The translations under genes were made by a program, and so were the position numbers. A DNA stretch of 64,000 nt from an uncultured Gemmatimonadales bacterium (lineage in GTDB: Bacteria; Gemmatimonadota; Gemmatimonadetes; Gemmatimonadales; GWC2-71-9). The notes under the pieces were generated by a model. That model was not told where the DNA came from, did no database searches, and saw only the letters and a list, made by a program, of their open reading frames with translations. This document shows, piece after piece, positions 9,279 through 18,138 of this stretch. The first letter of the stretch is position 1, and the number at the start of each line of letters is the position of its first letter. The stretch lies in NCBI GenBank assembly GCA_963730185.1, contig CAVSQW010000007.1, positions 160,001 through 224,000 of the forward strand, written 5' to 3'.

Positions 9279-11183
9279 ATGACACTCATTCTCATTGGCC
9301 TTCTCGCCGCTGCTACGGTCGGCCGCCCGCCCGCGATCCAGGACTCCCTCGACGCCGCCCGCCGAATCGCGACGAGCTCCCGACTCGCCGCTTCCGAGTA
9401 TCGGCTCGGCGTCGCCGATGGCCGGGTCACGGCCACCGCCGAGGTCGAAGAGACGCGCCTCTTCCTGGCCGAGGCCCGCCGCTCGGCGGCGCGGCTGCCG
9501 GAACGGCTTCGGGATTCCATTCGGGTCGGTCTCGATGGCGTCGTCTCGCTGGTCGAGCGCACGGCGGCGCCGGACTCGGTCGCCGCGTCGGTCGAGTCCG
9601 TGCTCGCCGGGCTCGCCCGATCTCTCGGCACCGAGCTCGAGGACGTGCCGATCGCCACCCCCTCGCTCGCCCGCGGGGCGGTGGTGTACCGGGAGAGCTG
9701 CGCGGTGTGTCACGGCGTGATGGGGCGGGGCGACGGCCTGGGCGGCCGGGGCATCCTGCCGGCGCCCACGAACCTCACCGACGCCGAATTTCTTGCCCGC
9801 TCCACTCCGCTCGATTTCTATCGTCGCATCACCATCGGGGTCGCCGGAACGGCCATGCCGCCGTTCGAGCACCAGCTTACGGCCGACGATCGGTGGGCGG
9901 TGGCGCTCTTCAGCTCGACCCTCCGCCTGCCGCCGGCCCGCGGCACCGTGCCGGCCGGGCTCGCGAGCTTCTCCGTCACCGCCGCTCTCAGCGATGGGTC
10001 GATTCGCGACTCGCTCGGCGCCTCGGCGACGGCCGCTCAGGTCGCGGCGGTGCGAATCGGGGCGGAGTCAGGGCGCGACTATGCCGCGCTCTTCAGCGCC
10101 GTGCGGGCCCGGGTGGACTCGAGCTACGAGCTGGCCCGGGCGGGGCGCACCGGGGAAGCCCGGTCGGCGGCGATCGATGCCTACATGGTCTTTGAGGCGG
10201 TGGAGCGCGAACTCCGGGTCAAGGACCCCGCGCTCGCGACCGAGGCGGAGCAGGCCTTCGCGGCGGCCCGCGAGGGCGTGGCCGGCCCGTCCGAGACCCT
10301 GGCATCGGCCCGGTCGGAGCTCTTCCGGGTGCTGGAGAAGGTGGAGCGGACCATGGGGGCCGATCTCTCCGCCCCGGCCGTGGCGATGCAGTCGTTCGTG
10401 ATTCTGGTCCGCGAGGGGCTGGAAGCGATCCTGATCGTTGGCGCCTTGATGGCCTTCCTGGCCAAGCTCGGCGCCAGCGAGCGACGGCGCGACCTGCACC
10501 GGGGCGTGGCCGCGGCCATCGCCCTCAGCCTGGTGACCGCGGTCGTGATCGAGACCGTCTTTCGCCTGTCGCCGACCCATCAGGAGACGCTCGAAGCCGG
10601 GACCATGGTGGTCGCGACGGTCATGCTCTTCTGGGTGAGCTTCTGGCTCCTCTCGAAGGTCGAGGTCGCCAACTGGAATCGGTTCGTCCGGACCCGGCTT
10701 TCGGAGGCGGTCGGCAAGCGGTCGTCGCTGGCGCTCGCGTCGGTGGCTTTCCTGGCCGTCTACCGCGAGGGCTTCGAGACCGTGCTCTTCTACAAGGCGC
10801 TGGCCGTCTCGGGCGGGAGTCCGGCGGTTGCCCTGCCGATCGGGCTCGGCATCGCGGCCGGGGCGCTGGTCTTGGGGGTGGTGTACGTCGCCATCAACCG
10901 CTACGGCGTCCGGCTCCCGCTCCGGCCCTTCTTTGCAGTCACCAGCGCCTTCCTCTACGCGATGGCCTTCAACTTCGCCGGGACCGCGATTGCCGAACTC
11001 CAGGAGGGCGGTATCCTGCCGCTCACTCCGGTGGAGTGGCTGCCACGGGTGCCGGCTCTCGGGCTCTATCCCACGGTCGAGGCGGCCCTGGTGCAGGGGC
11101 TGTTGATCGCGCTGGCGGTGGGGGCGTTGGTCTGGACGTTCGTGGTCGCACCGAGAAGGAGCCGAGCGCCGGCCGTGGCGTGA
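9279..11183 (+). CDS. Cytochrome c-FTR1 family iron permease fusion (PbrT/EfeU-like)
   Basis: Signal peptide, CAVCH heme motif, two REGxE motifs (REGLE, REGFE) in the TM domain. Confidence 0.9.
   Translation: MTLILIGLLAAATVGRPPAIQDSLDAARRIATSSRLAASEYRLGVADGRVTATAEVEETRLFLAEARRSAARLPERLRDSIRVGLDGVVSLVERTAAPDSVAASVESVLAGLARSLGTELEDVPIATPSLARGAVVYRESCAVCHGVMGRGDGLGGRGILPAPTNLTDAEFLARSTPLDFYRRITIGVAGTAMPPFEHQLTADDRWAVALFSSTLRLPPARGTVPAGLASFSVTAALSDGSIRDSLGASATAAQVAAVRIGAESGRDYAALFSAVRARVDSSYELARAGRTGEARSAAIDAYMVFEAVERELRVKDPALATEAEQAFAAAREGVAGPSETLASARSELFRVLEKVERTMGADLSAPAVAMQSFVILVREGLEAILIVGALMAFLAKLGASERRRDLHRGVAAAIALSLVTAVVIETVFRLSPTHQETLEAGTMVVATVMLFWVSFWLLSKVEVANWNRFVRTRLSEAVGKRSSLALASVAFLAVYREGFETVLFYKALAVSGGSPAVALPIGLGIAAGALVLGVVYVAINRYGVRLPLRPFFAVTSAFLYAMAFNFAGTAIAELQEGGILPLTPVEWLPRVPALGLYPTVEAALVQGLLIALAVGALVWTFVVAPRRSRAPAVA
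9280..9294. promoter_or_regulatory. Putative Fur-box-like operator overlapping the FTR1 start
   Basis: TGACACT-C-ATTCTCA matches the 7-1-7 TGATAAT-N-ATTATCA consensus at 11/14 positions, in an AT-rich patch. Confidence 0.45.
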
Positions 11184-11193
11184 GGCGCCGCCG

Positions 11194-12030
11194 TTATCCG
11201 TCCGCCTTCAACAGGTATGCCCCCGGATCGGGGCTCCCCGCGTGGCTCAGCCGGCGGGTGACCACCGCGCCAATGATCACCACGATCACGCTGGTGAGCT
11301 GCGCCAGGGTGAAGGGGCCGAGGAAGCGGTCGTCCTTGGCTCGGAGGATCTCCACCAGGAAGCGCTCCGCCCCCGCGAACATCAGGTAGACCCCGAAGAG
11401 CCAGCCCAGCGGCTTGTCCCGGAGCCGCCACCGCCAGAGCAGCATGAACACGCCCAGCATGAGGGCGACTTCGTAGAGCTGGGTCGGGTGGACCGCGAGG
11501 ACGGTCGACGCCGCTTCGCCCGCGGGGACGCTGACCCCGAACTGGGCTGCGAGGTTGCCGGCGGTGGAGGGCGGGAGCCCCTGCGGGAACTTCACCCCCC
11601 AGGGCAGCGAGGTCGGGCGGCCGTAGTCGTCTCCCACCACGAAACAGCCGATCCGGCCGACCGCGTAGGCGGCGGCCAGCGCCGGGGCGGTGAGGTGCAT
11701 GGTGATCCGGATCGGGACCTTGTGCCGCCAGCCCGCGACGATCACGGCCGACACGCCCCCGATGAACCCTCCGTACCACACCAGCCCCCCCCGGGAGAAG
11801 AGGGCTCGCGGGTCGCCGGTCAGGGCCACGTACCAGAGCTTGGCGCCGATCACCCCGCCGATGACGGCGGCCACCACGACGTCGGCGCCGTACTCCTGGT
11901 ACCATCCCTTTCGTCGGAGCTCGAGGGTCACCAGCCATCCGCCCACCAGGAAAGCCAGCATCATCATGATGCCGAACCCGGTGACCTCGAACGAGCCGAT
12001 GCGGAAGACGAGGGGGTAGACGGTGGTCAT
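11194..12030 (-). CDS. lgt: Prolipoprotein diacylglyceryl transferase
   Basis: GGLVWYGG, GRIGCF..GDDYGRPT, HPTQLYE and RFLVEILR motifs. Confidence 0.93.
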   Translation of the reverse strand: MTTVYPLVFRIGSFEVTGFGIMMMLAFLVGGWLVTLELRRKGWYQEYGADVVVAAVIGGVIGAKLWYVALTGDPRALFSRGGLVWYGGFIGGVSAVIVAGWRHKVPIRITMHLTAPALAAAYAVGRIGCFVVGDDYGRPTSLPWGVKFPQGLPPSTAGNLAAQFGVSVPAGEAASTVLAVHPTQLYEVALMLGVFMLLWRWRLRDKPLGWLFGVYLMFAGAERFLVEILRAKDDRFLGPFTLAQLTSVIVVIIGAVVTRRLSHAGSPDPGAYLLKADG

Positions 12031-12040
12031 AGATCGGACT

Positions 12041-13093
12041 TCAAGGTAGGCCCGGGGCGGGCTTGAGGCCAGGCAAGGGGCGCCGGTCGAACGGTTCCAG
12101 ATCCAGCCCGTCGCGTTCGCCCCGGGCCAGCCGCCAGGCGCCGGCCGCGGCAATCATGGCCGCGTTGTCGGTGTTGAGCCGGGGCGAGGCGACGACCACC
12201 CGGGCCCGTCCCGCCAGTCGTTGGCGGACCGCCTCGGCCAGGGCCCGGTTGCAGGCCACCCCTCCGACCAGCACCGCGGCCGGCCGGTTCAGCTCCAAGG
12301 TGGCACGGGCGGTCTTGGCGGCCAGCACGTCGAGCGCCGCGTCCTGGAAGCCGCGGGCCAGGTCGGCCCGGTCGCGTTCGAGGTCGTCGCTGGCCCGGAC
12401 GGCGCGGAGCACGGCCGTCTTGAGGCCGCTGAAGGAGAAGGCGTATCGCTTGGGACCGGATTCCTCCAGCTCCTTGAGCATCGGGCGGGGGAACGCGAAC
12501 CGGGCCGGCCGGCCGTCCCGGGCCAGCCGCTCGACCAGGGCGCCGGCGGGGTAGGTGAGCCCGAGCAGGGTGCCCACCTTGTCGAAGGCCTCACCGGCGG
12601 CGTCGTCGAGGGTTTCGCCGAGGAGGGTATAGTCGCCCCAGTCGGCGACGTCGAGGAGCATGGTATGTCCGCCGCTGACCAGCAGGGCCACGAAGGGCGG
12701 CGCGAGGTCGGGCGTCTCGAGGGTGGGGGCGAAGAGGTGGCCCTCGTGGTGGTGGACGCCGATCAGCGGCCGGTCGAGTCCCAGGGCCAGGCCTTTGCCG
12801 TACATCACCCCGACGAGAAGCGCGCCGATCAGTCCCGGGCCGGCCGTGACCGCGATGGCGTCGAGCTCGGAGAAGGACGCGCCCGCTTCCGTCATCGCCC
12901 GGGCCACCACGGGCTCGATGGTGCGGACGTGCTCCCGGCTGGCCAGCTCGGGCACCACGCCGCCGAACACCTCGTGGACGTCCTGAGAGAGGATCACGAC
13001 GCTCCGAAGGGTCGGCCGCCCGGGCTCGGAGGTGAGCAGGGCGGCCGAGGTTTCGTCGCAACTGGTCTCGATCCCGAGGATCAGCTCAGCCAC
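12041..13093 (-). CDS. tsaD: tRNA N6-adenosine threonylcarbamoyltransferase
   Basis: GIETSCDET, GGVVPELASREH, HHEGH, SGGHT, DDAAGEAFDK and TDNAAMI motifs. Confidence 0.96.
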   Translation of the reverse strand: MAELILGIETSCDETSAALLTSEPGRPTLRSVVILSQDVHEVFGGVVPELASREHVRTIEPVVARAMTEAGASFSELDAIAVTAGPGLIGALLVGVMYGKGLALGLDRPLIGVHHHEGHLFAPTLETPDLAPPFVALLVSGGHTMLLDVADWGDYTLLGETLDDAAGEAFDKVGTLLGLTYPAGALVERLARDGRPARFAFPRPMLKELEESGPKRYAFSFSGLKTAVLRAVRASDDLERDRADLARGFQDAALDVLAAKTARATLELNRPAAVLVGGVACNRALAEAVRQRLAGRARVVVASPRLNTDNAAMIAAAGAWRLARGERDGLDLEPFDRRPLPGLKPAPGLP

Positions 13094-13664
13094 CGGGCGT
13101 CGGGACGACGGGGCCCTCGTCCCGGACTTCGGCCGGGACGCCGAGGAGCTGGGCGACGATCCGTCGGTTGGCGTCTGAGCTCCAGGGATGGGCTCCGATC
13201 GCCTTCTTGACGATGGTCCCGTCCTTGTCGAGCAGGAAGCTCTCGGGATAGCCGGTCGTCTGGTACAGGCGCTCGATGCTGTGGTCGCCGTCGTGGAGGA
13301 TGTCGAAGGTGAGTCCCAGCTCCTTGGCGAAGGCGAGCACGTCCTTGGGGTTGCCGTCGTCGATGCTCACCGCGGCGATCTTGAAGCCCTTGGGGCCGAA
13401 CTCCTGGTAGAGCTTCTCCATCGCCGGCATCTCCTCCCGGCAGGGCACGCACCAGGTGGCCCAGATGTTTACCAGGACGACCTGTCCTTTGTAGGCGTCC
13501 TTGAAGGCCAAACTGTCGCCGGTGGAGAGGTTCACCGCCCGGAAGTCGGGCGCCCGCCGGCCCACTTCCACCGGCTCGATCCGTTTGCCGGCTCGGATCA
13601 GGAACGCCGCGCCGAGGGCGAGGCCGGCGATGATTCCGAGCACGGCGGTCCACTGCTTGTTCAT
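13086..13664 (-). CDS. TlpA/ResA-like thiol-disulfide oxidoreductase
   Basis: N-terminal TM anchor, WATWCVPCREEMP, GYPESF. Confidence 0.9.
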   Translation of the reverse strand: MNKQWTAVLGIIAGLALGAAFLIRAGKRIEPVEVGRRAPDFRAVNLSTGDSLAFKDAYKGQVVLVNIWATWCVPCREEMPAMEKLYQEFGPKGFKIAAVSIDDGNPKDVLAFAKELGLTFDILHDGDHSIERLYQTTGYPESFLLDKDGTIVKKAIGAHPWSSDANRRIVAQLLGVPAEVRDEGPVVPTPGG

Positions 13665-13722
13665 GGGGGAAAGGTAGTGGGGGGTAGGGAGGGATGGGGA
13701 GAGACGGGGTGGGGGGAGGCTC

Positions 13723-14397
13723 TCACACCTCCGTTCCCCTCCGGCACCCCGCCCGCAAGGCCCTCACCGCCGCGGCCGGGTCGGGCTCCTTGAACACCGC
13801 GGTGCCGGCCACGAAGGTGTCGGCACCGGCCCGCCAGGCGGTCTCGATCGTGTCGGGGGCGATGCCACCGTCGACTTCCAGGGCGGCGCCCGAGGCCCGG
13901 GCGTCGAGCAGGGCCCGAATCCGCTGGATCTTGGCGGTGGTGGCGGGGATGTAGCTCTGGCCCCCGAAGCCGGGATTGACGGACATGGCGAGCACCAGGT
14001 CGACGTCGGCCACCACTTCGTCGAGGAGCGCGGTGGGGGTGCCCGGGTTCAGGGCCAGCCCGGCTCGCATCCCGCGCTCCCGCACGTGACTCAGGTGTCG
14101 CTGCACGTGGTAGGTGGCCTCGGGGTGGAAGGTGAAGACCTGGACCCCGAGGTCCGCGTACTCGGCGATGTAGCACTCCGGCTCCACCACCATGAGGTGG
14201 ACGTCGAGCGGGAGCCGGGTCAGCCGGGCCACGGCCCGGATGATCGGCGCCCCGAAGGTGAGGTTGGGGACGAAGCGCCCGTCCATCACGTCGATGTGGA
14301 TCCAGTCGGCGCCCCCGTCTTCGACTCGGGCGATGGCCTCGGCTAGCCGGCCGAGGTCGGCACTCAGGATGGAGGGGGCGATCCGGACGGGACGCAT
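13723..14397 (-). CDS. rpe: Ribulose-phosphate 3-epimerase
   Basis: IAPSILSAD, HIDVMDG.FVPN, MSVNPGFGGQ and VDGG motifs. Confidence 0.96.
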   Translation of the reverse strand: MRPVRIAPSILSADLGRLAEAIARVEDGGADWIHIDVMDGRFVPNLTFGAPIIRAVARLTRLPLDVHLMVVEPECYIAEYADLGVQVFTFHPEATYHVQRHLSHVRERGMRAGLALNPGTPTALLDEVVADVDLVLAMSVNPGFGGQSYIPATTAKIQRIRALLDARASGAALEVDGGIAPDTIETAWRAGADTFVAGTAVFKEPDPAAAVRALRAGCRRGTEV

Positions 14398-15159
14398 CTA
14401 GTTCACCTCCGTGACGACCAGGTCGATCCGGGCGCCGTGGGCGCGGAGCCCCCCCGCCGCCGGCCGCTGCTCCACCACGGTGTCGGGCGGGCCGGCCCTC
14501 GTAACCCGGGTAACCTGGCCGGGGGTGAGCCCCGCGTCGGCCAGCCGCTGGCGGGCCTCGGTCAGGGGCAGGCCGATGAGGTTAGGCACTCTGATGGTGG
14601 CGGGGCCGCGGCTCACCACCAGGTCGATGGTGGTGCCGGGCGGGCGGCCGGTGCCGGCCGTAGGCCGGGTGGCCACGACCACACCGGGGTCGACCTCGTT
14701 GGGAACCGAGTCGACCGCCCCGACCTTGAGCCCGGCGGCGTTGATCACTCGGGTGGCCTGGGCGGCGTCGAACTGGGTGACGTCGGGGACCGCCACCGGA
14801 GCGGGCCCGCTCGATCGGGTGAGCGTGACGATCGTGCCGCCTGGGGCCACCAGGTCGGGCGGAGGATCTTGCCAGACCACGTGTCCCTCGGGAATGTCGG
14901 GGTCGGCGGCCTCGCCCGCGATCCTCACCTTGAAGCCCAGCCCGGTCAGGGTGGCTTCGGCGTCGGCCACGGGCTGTCCGATCACCCGGGCGACCACGTG
15001 ATCCTGGTCGAACATCGGGTTCGGATAGATCACGCAGGTGGTCAGGTAGCCCGCCGCCCCGGCCAAGAGGAGCACCACGACCGCCGTGAGCCGGCGTCGG
15101 CCCGCGACGGTGCGGGGCATCGGCAGCCGGAAGCGGCGTCGCGCTCGGGCTCCGCTCAC
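14398..15159 (-). CDS. Membrane-anchored triple PASTA domain protein (no kinase domain)
   Basis: One TM helix followed by three repeats of the VP...G....A...L..G...V..Q.P PASTA pattern. Confidence 0.85.
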   Translation of the reverse strand: MSGARARRRFRLPMPRTVAGRRRLTAVVVLLLAGAAGYLTTCVIYPNPMFDQDHVVARVIGQPVADAEATLTGLGFKVRIAGEAADPDIPEGHVVWQDPPPDLVAPGGTIVTLTRSSGPAPVAVPDVTQFDAAQATRVINAAGLKVGAVDSVPNEVDPGVVVATRPTAGTGRPPGTTIDLVVSRGPATIRVPNLIGLPLTEARQRLADAGLTPGQVTRVTRAGPPDTVVEQRPAAGGLRAHGARIDLVVTEVN

Positions 15160-16469
15160 GCGGCCACCCGGCGCAGCCGAGCGGCGAATGCGCCGTCGGT
15201 GCCGTGGATGTGGGGGAGGATCATCAGATCACCCTGGGCGGTCAGCGTGTCGGGTGGCGCGTCGCTCCATGGTTCCCGACGGAAGCGACGGTCGTGGGCG
15301 AGGAACCGATCGACCTGCTGCTCGTTTTCCTCGGATTCGAGGGAACAGGTAGCAAATAATAACAGGCCCCCCGGCTCGACGATGTCGGCGGCCGTTTCGA
15401 GGAACCCGGCGGCCTGGGTGACGAGATGCTCCAGGGCCCGCTCGGTGATCCGCCAGCGGGCGTCGGGATTCCGGGCCAGAGTGCCGGTCCCGAGGCAGGG
15501 GACGTCGAGCACCACCGCCGGCGCCGAGCGGAGCGGCGGTCGGGTGGCGTCGGCCACGATCACCCCGGCGGGTCCGGTCCCGGCCCGTGCGAGGTTTTCC
15601 CGGAGTCGCCGGGCGCGGAGCCGTTGGCGGTCGGCGGCCACCAGGAATCGAGCCGTTCGAGCCAGGGCGAGGCTCTTGCCCCCGGGGGCCGCGCAGGCGT
15701 CGTAGATCAGCTGATCGGGCGGAAGGTCGAAAAAGCGGGTCACCTGCCGTTGGGCCGGATCCTGGACGTAGAACGCGCCCTCGGGGAAGCCGGGCAGGTC
15801 GACGGGGCGCCGACCCCGGACCACGAGGCCGGCGTCCCACCGGGCGGGCTCGAACCCGATGCCGCGTTCCGTCAGCGCCGCTTCGAGTCGGGCCTGGGGC
15901 CAGCGGGCCGGCTGGATCACCAGCGAGGGCGTCGCGTTGTTCCAGGCAAGGAGCCGCTCGGTGGCCTCGGCGCCGAACCGAGCGAGCCAGCGTCCGACCA
16001 GCCACTCGGGGTGCGAGTGGGTCACCGCGAGGGTGGCCACCGGGTCCGCTCCGTCGGTCGGCGGCTCGGACCGAGGCGCCGCGTCCGCGACCCGGCGGAG
16101 CACCGCATTGACGAAGCCCGCCACCCGTCGGCCGCCGAGCCGCCGAGCGACCGCGACCGAGGTCTGCACGGCGGCATGCACCGGCACCCGATCGAGCTGG
16201 ATCACCTGGAAGGCGCCCAGACGGAGCACGTCCAGGGTGTCGGCCCGGACGCTGCCGAGTCCACGTTCCACCGCGGGCTTGAGGGCCAGATCGAGGGCGG
16301 AGCGGCTCCGGAACACCCCGGCGGCGAGCTCGTGCGCCAGCCGCTTGTCGTCGGGTTCGAGGTCTCGGATGGCGCGCCGGAGCGCGAGATCGAACGGGAC
16401 CCCGTGCCGCACGTCGTGGAGAATCCGCCAGGCGGCGAACCGCGGGCCGAGTCCCGGGGTTCGCGTCAT
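15156..16469 (-). CDS. rsmB: 16S rRNA m5C967 methyltransferase RsmB/Sun
   Basis: NusB-like N-terminus (GFVNAVLR), SHPEWL, DACAAPGGKS, DVPC.GTG and TCS motifs. Confidence 0.92.
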   Translation of the reverse strand: MTRTPGLGPRFAAWRILHDVRHGVPFDLALRRAIRDLEPDDKRLAHELAAGVFRSRSALDLALKPAVERGLGSVRADTLDVLRLGAFQVIQLDRVPVHAAVQTSVAVARRLGGRRVAGFVNAVLRRVADAAPRSEPPTDGADPVATLAVTHSHPEWLVGRWLARFGAEATERLLAWNNATPSLVIQPARWPQARLEAALTERGIGFEPARWDAGLVVRGRRPVDLPGFPEGAFYVQDPAQRQVTRFFDLPPDQLIYDACAAPGGKSLALARTARFLVAADRQRLRARRLRENLARAGTGPAGVIVADATRPPLRSAPAVVLDVPCLGTGTLARNPDARWRITERALEHLVTQAAGFLETAADIVEPGGLLLFATCSLESEENEQQVDRFLAHDRRFRREPWSDAPPDTLTAQGDLMILPHIHGTDGAFAARLRRVAA

Positions 16470-16485
16470 CCGCACGCGGGGACCG

Positions 16486-17259
16486 TCAGCTGAGCATCCC
16501 CGTGGTGGGCGACGACGGCACCGCGATCTCGCGCCGCGGCATCCGCCCGGCCAGATAGGCGTCGCGTCCAGCCAGCACCGCATGCCGCATCGCCCTCGCC
16601 ATCAGGATCGGGTCGAGCGCCTCGGCCAGGGCCGTGTTCATCAGGATCCCATCCACGCCCTGCTCCATCACCAGGCAGGCGTCGGACGCGGTGCCGACCC
16701 CGGCGTCGACGATCACCGGCACGGTGAGCCGGCGCTTGATGGTCCGGATCGAGTATGGATTGATCAGGCCCAGGCCCGACCCGATCGGCGAGGCGAGCGG
16801 CATCACGGCGGCGCAGCCCGCGTCCTCCAGCCGGAGCGCGGTGATCAGGTCGTCGTTGGTGTAGGCCAGCACCTGGAAGCCCTCCTTGACCAGCGTCCGG
16901 GCGGCCGCCAGGAGGCCGTCCACGTCGGGCAGCAGGGTCTCCCGGTCGCCGATCACCTCGAGCTTGACGAACTCGTTGAAGCCGGCCTCGCGGCCCAGTC
17001 GGGCATAGCGCACCGCCTCGTCGGCGCTGTAGCAGCCGGCCGTGTTGGCGAGCAGGAAGAACCGCTCCGGCGAGAGATGATGCAGGATGCCTTCCTGGTT
17101 GGCCCGGTCGAGATCGACCCGGCGGACGGCCACGGTGACGACCTCGGCGCCGGCGGCGTCGATCGCGGCCACCATCTCCTCGTTGGACCGGTACTTCCCG
17201 GTGCCGACGAAGAGGCGGGAGTGGAAGGGGTGGTTGGCGATCGTGAAGAAGTCGGACAT
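16486..17259 (-). CDS. thiG: Thiazole synthase
   Basis: SRLFVGTGKY, NTAGC, KLEVIGD, MPLASPIGSG and DAGVG motifs. Confidence 0.96.
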   Translation of the reverse strand: MSDFFTIANHPFHSRLFVGTGKYRSNEEMVAAIDAAGAEVVTVAVRRVDLDRANQEGILHHLSPERFFLLANTAGCYSADEAVRYARLGREAGFNEFVKLEVIGDRETLLPDVDGLLAAARTLVKEGFQVLAYTNDDLITALRLEDAGCAAVMPLASPIGSGLGLINPYSIRTIKRRLTVPVIVDAGVGTASDACLVMEQGVDGILMNTALAEALDPILMARAMRHAVLAGRDAYLAGRMPRREIAVPSSPTTGMLS

Positions 17260-17311
17260 GTCGCGCAGCTCCAGACGGACGGACTGACTGACAGACGGAC
17301 GGACGACGAGC

Positions 17312-17524
17312 TCAGCCGCCGCCGACGAAATGTACGATCTCGATGGTGTCGCCGTCGGCAACCGGCGCGCCGGGGAGATCGGCCCGGCGGACGATGGCTC
17401 GGTTCCGCTCGACGACCACGGCGCGGGGGTCGAGGCCGAGATGCGCGAGAAGCTCCACCAGCGTGGCGAGGGTCGGGACGGTGCGGGCCTCGCCATTGAT
17501 GGTCAGGATCATCGAGTCACTCAT
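17312..17524 (-). CDS. thiS: Sulfur carrier protein ThiS
   Basis: INGE start, C-terminal IEIVHFVGGG. Confidence 0.93.
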   Translation of the reverse strand: MSDSMILTINGEARTVPTLATLVELLAHLGLDPRAVVVERNRAIVRRADLPGAPVADGDTIEIVHFVGGG

Positions 17525-18138
17525 CCTGCCAACGCCTCCAGAAACGCCATCGTCTCCCGCGCCGGGTCGGCCGCCTGCCAGAGGGCCGAGATCGCGGCCA
17601 CGCCCCACACGCCGGTCGCGAGGAGCTCCGGCACCCGGGCGGCCGTGATCCCTCCGATGGCGACGACCCGGGGCACGGCGGCCGTGATCTGGGCGAGCCA
17701 GTCGATCCCTTGGGCGGGCCGGCCCGGATGGCTGCCGGTCTGGTAGACGTTCCCCGCCACCACGAAGTCGGCTCCCTCGGCCGCGGCCCGAGCTGCCTCC
17801 CCGGCGGTATGCACCGAGACGCCGATCCAGGCGTCGGGCGCCACCAGGCGGGCGTCGCCGGGCGACAGGTCGTCGAGCCGGAGCTGCACTCCGGCCGCCC
17901 CCGCCATCCGGGCCAGGGCCGGGTCGCCATGGGCGAAGAGCGCCGCTTCGGCCGGCCGGGCGAGCGCGCCGGCCCGATCGGTGAACCGGAGCCGCTCGGC
18001 GGCGGCGGCGTCGGGGGCCCGCACCACGAGGGCCACGCTCGAGCCGCCCGACGCGATCGCGGCCGCCCGGGCCCCGAAGTCGTCGGCCCGGCAGATGGCC
18101 GAGTCGGTCCAGGCGAACACCCGGGGGAGCGGTCTCAT
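17521..18138 (-). CDS. ThiE/TenI family protein (probably TenI-like; ThiE catalytic motifs degenerate)
   Basis: GVSVH, GADF, TGSHPG and AIGGI present. QxRxK and NDRxD absent. Confidence 0.8.
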   Translation of the reverse strand: MRPLPRVFAWTDSAICRADDFGARAAAIASGGSSVALVVRAPDAAAAERLRFTDRAGALARPAEAALFAHGDPALARMAGAAGVQLRLDDLSPGDARLVAPDAWIGVSVHTAGEAARAAAEGADFVVAGNVYQTGSHPGRPAQGIDWLAQITAAVPRVVAIGGITAARVPELLATGVWGVAAISALWQAADPARETMAFLEALAG

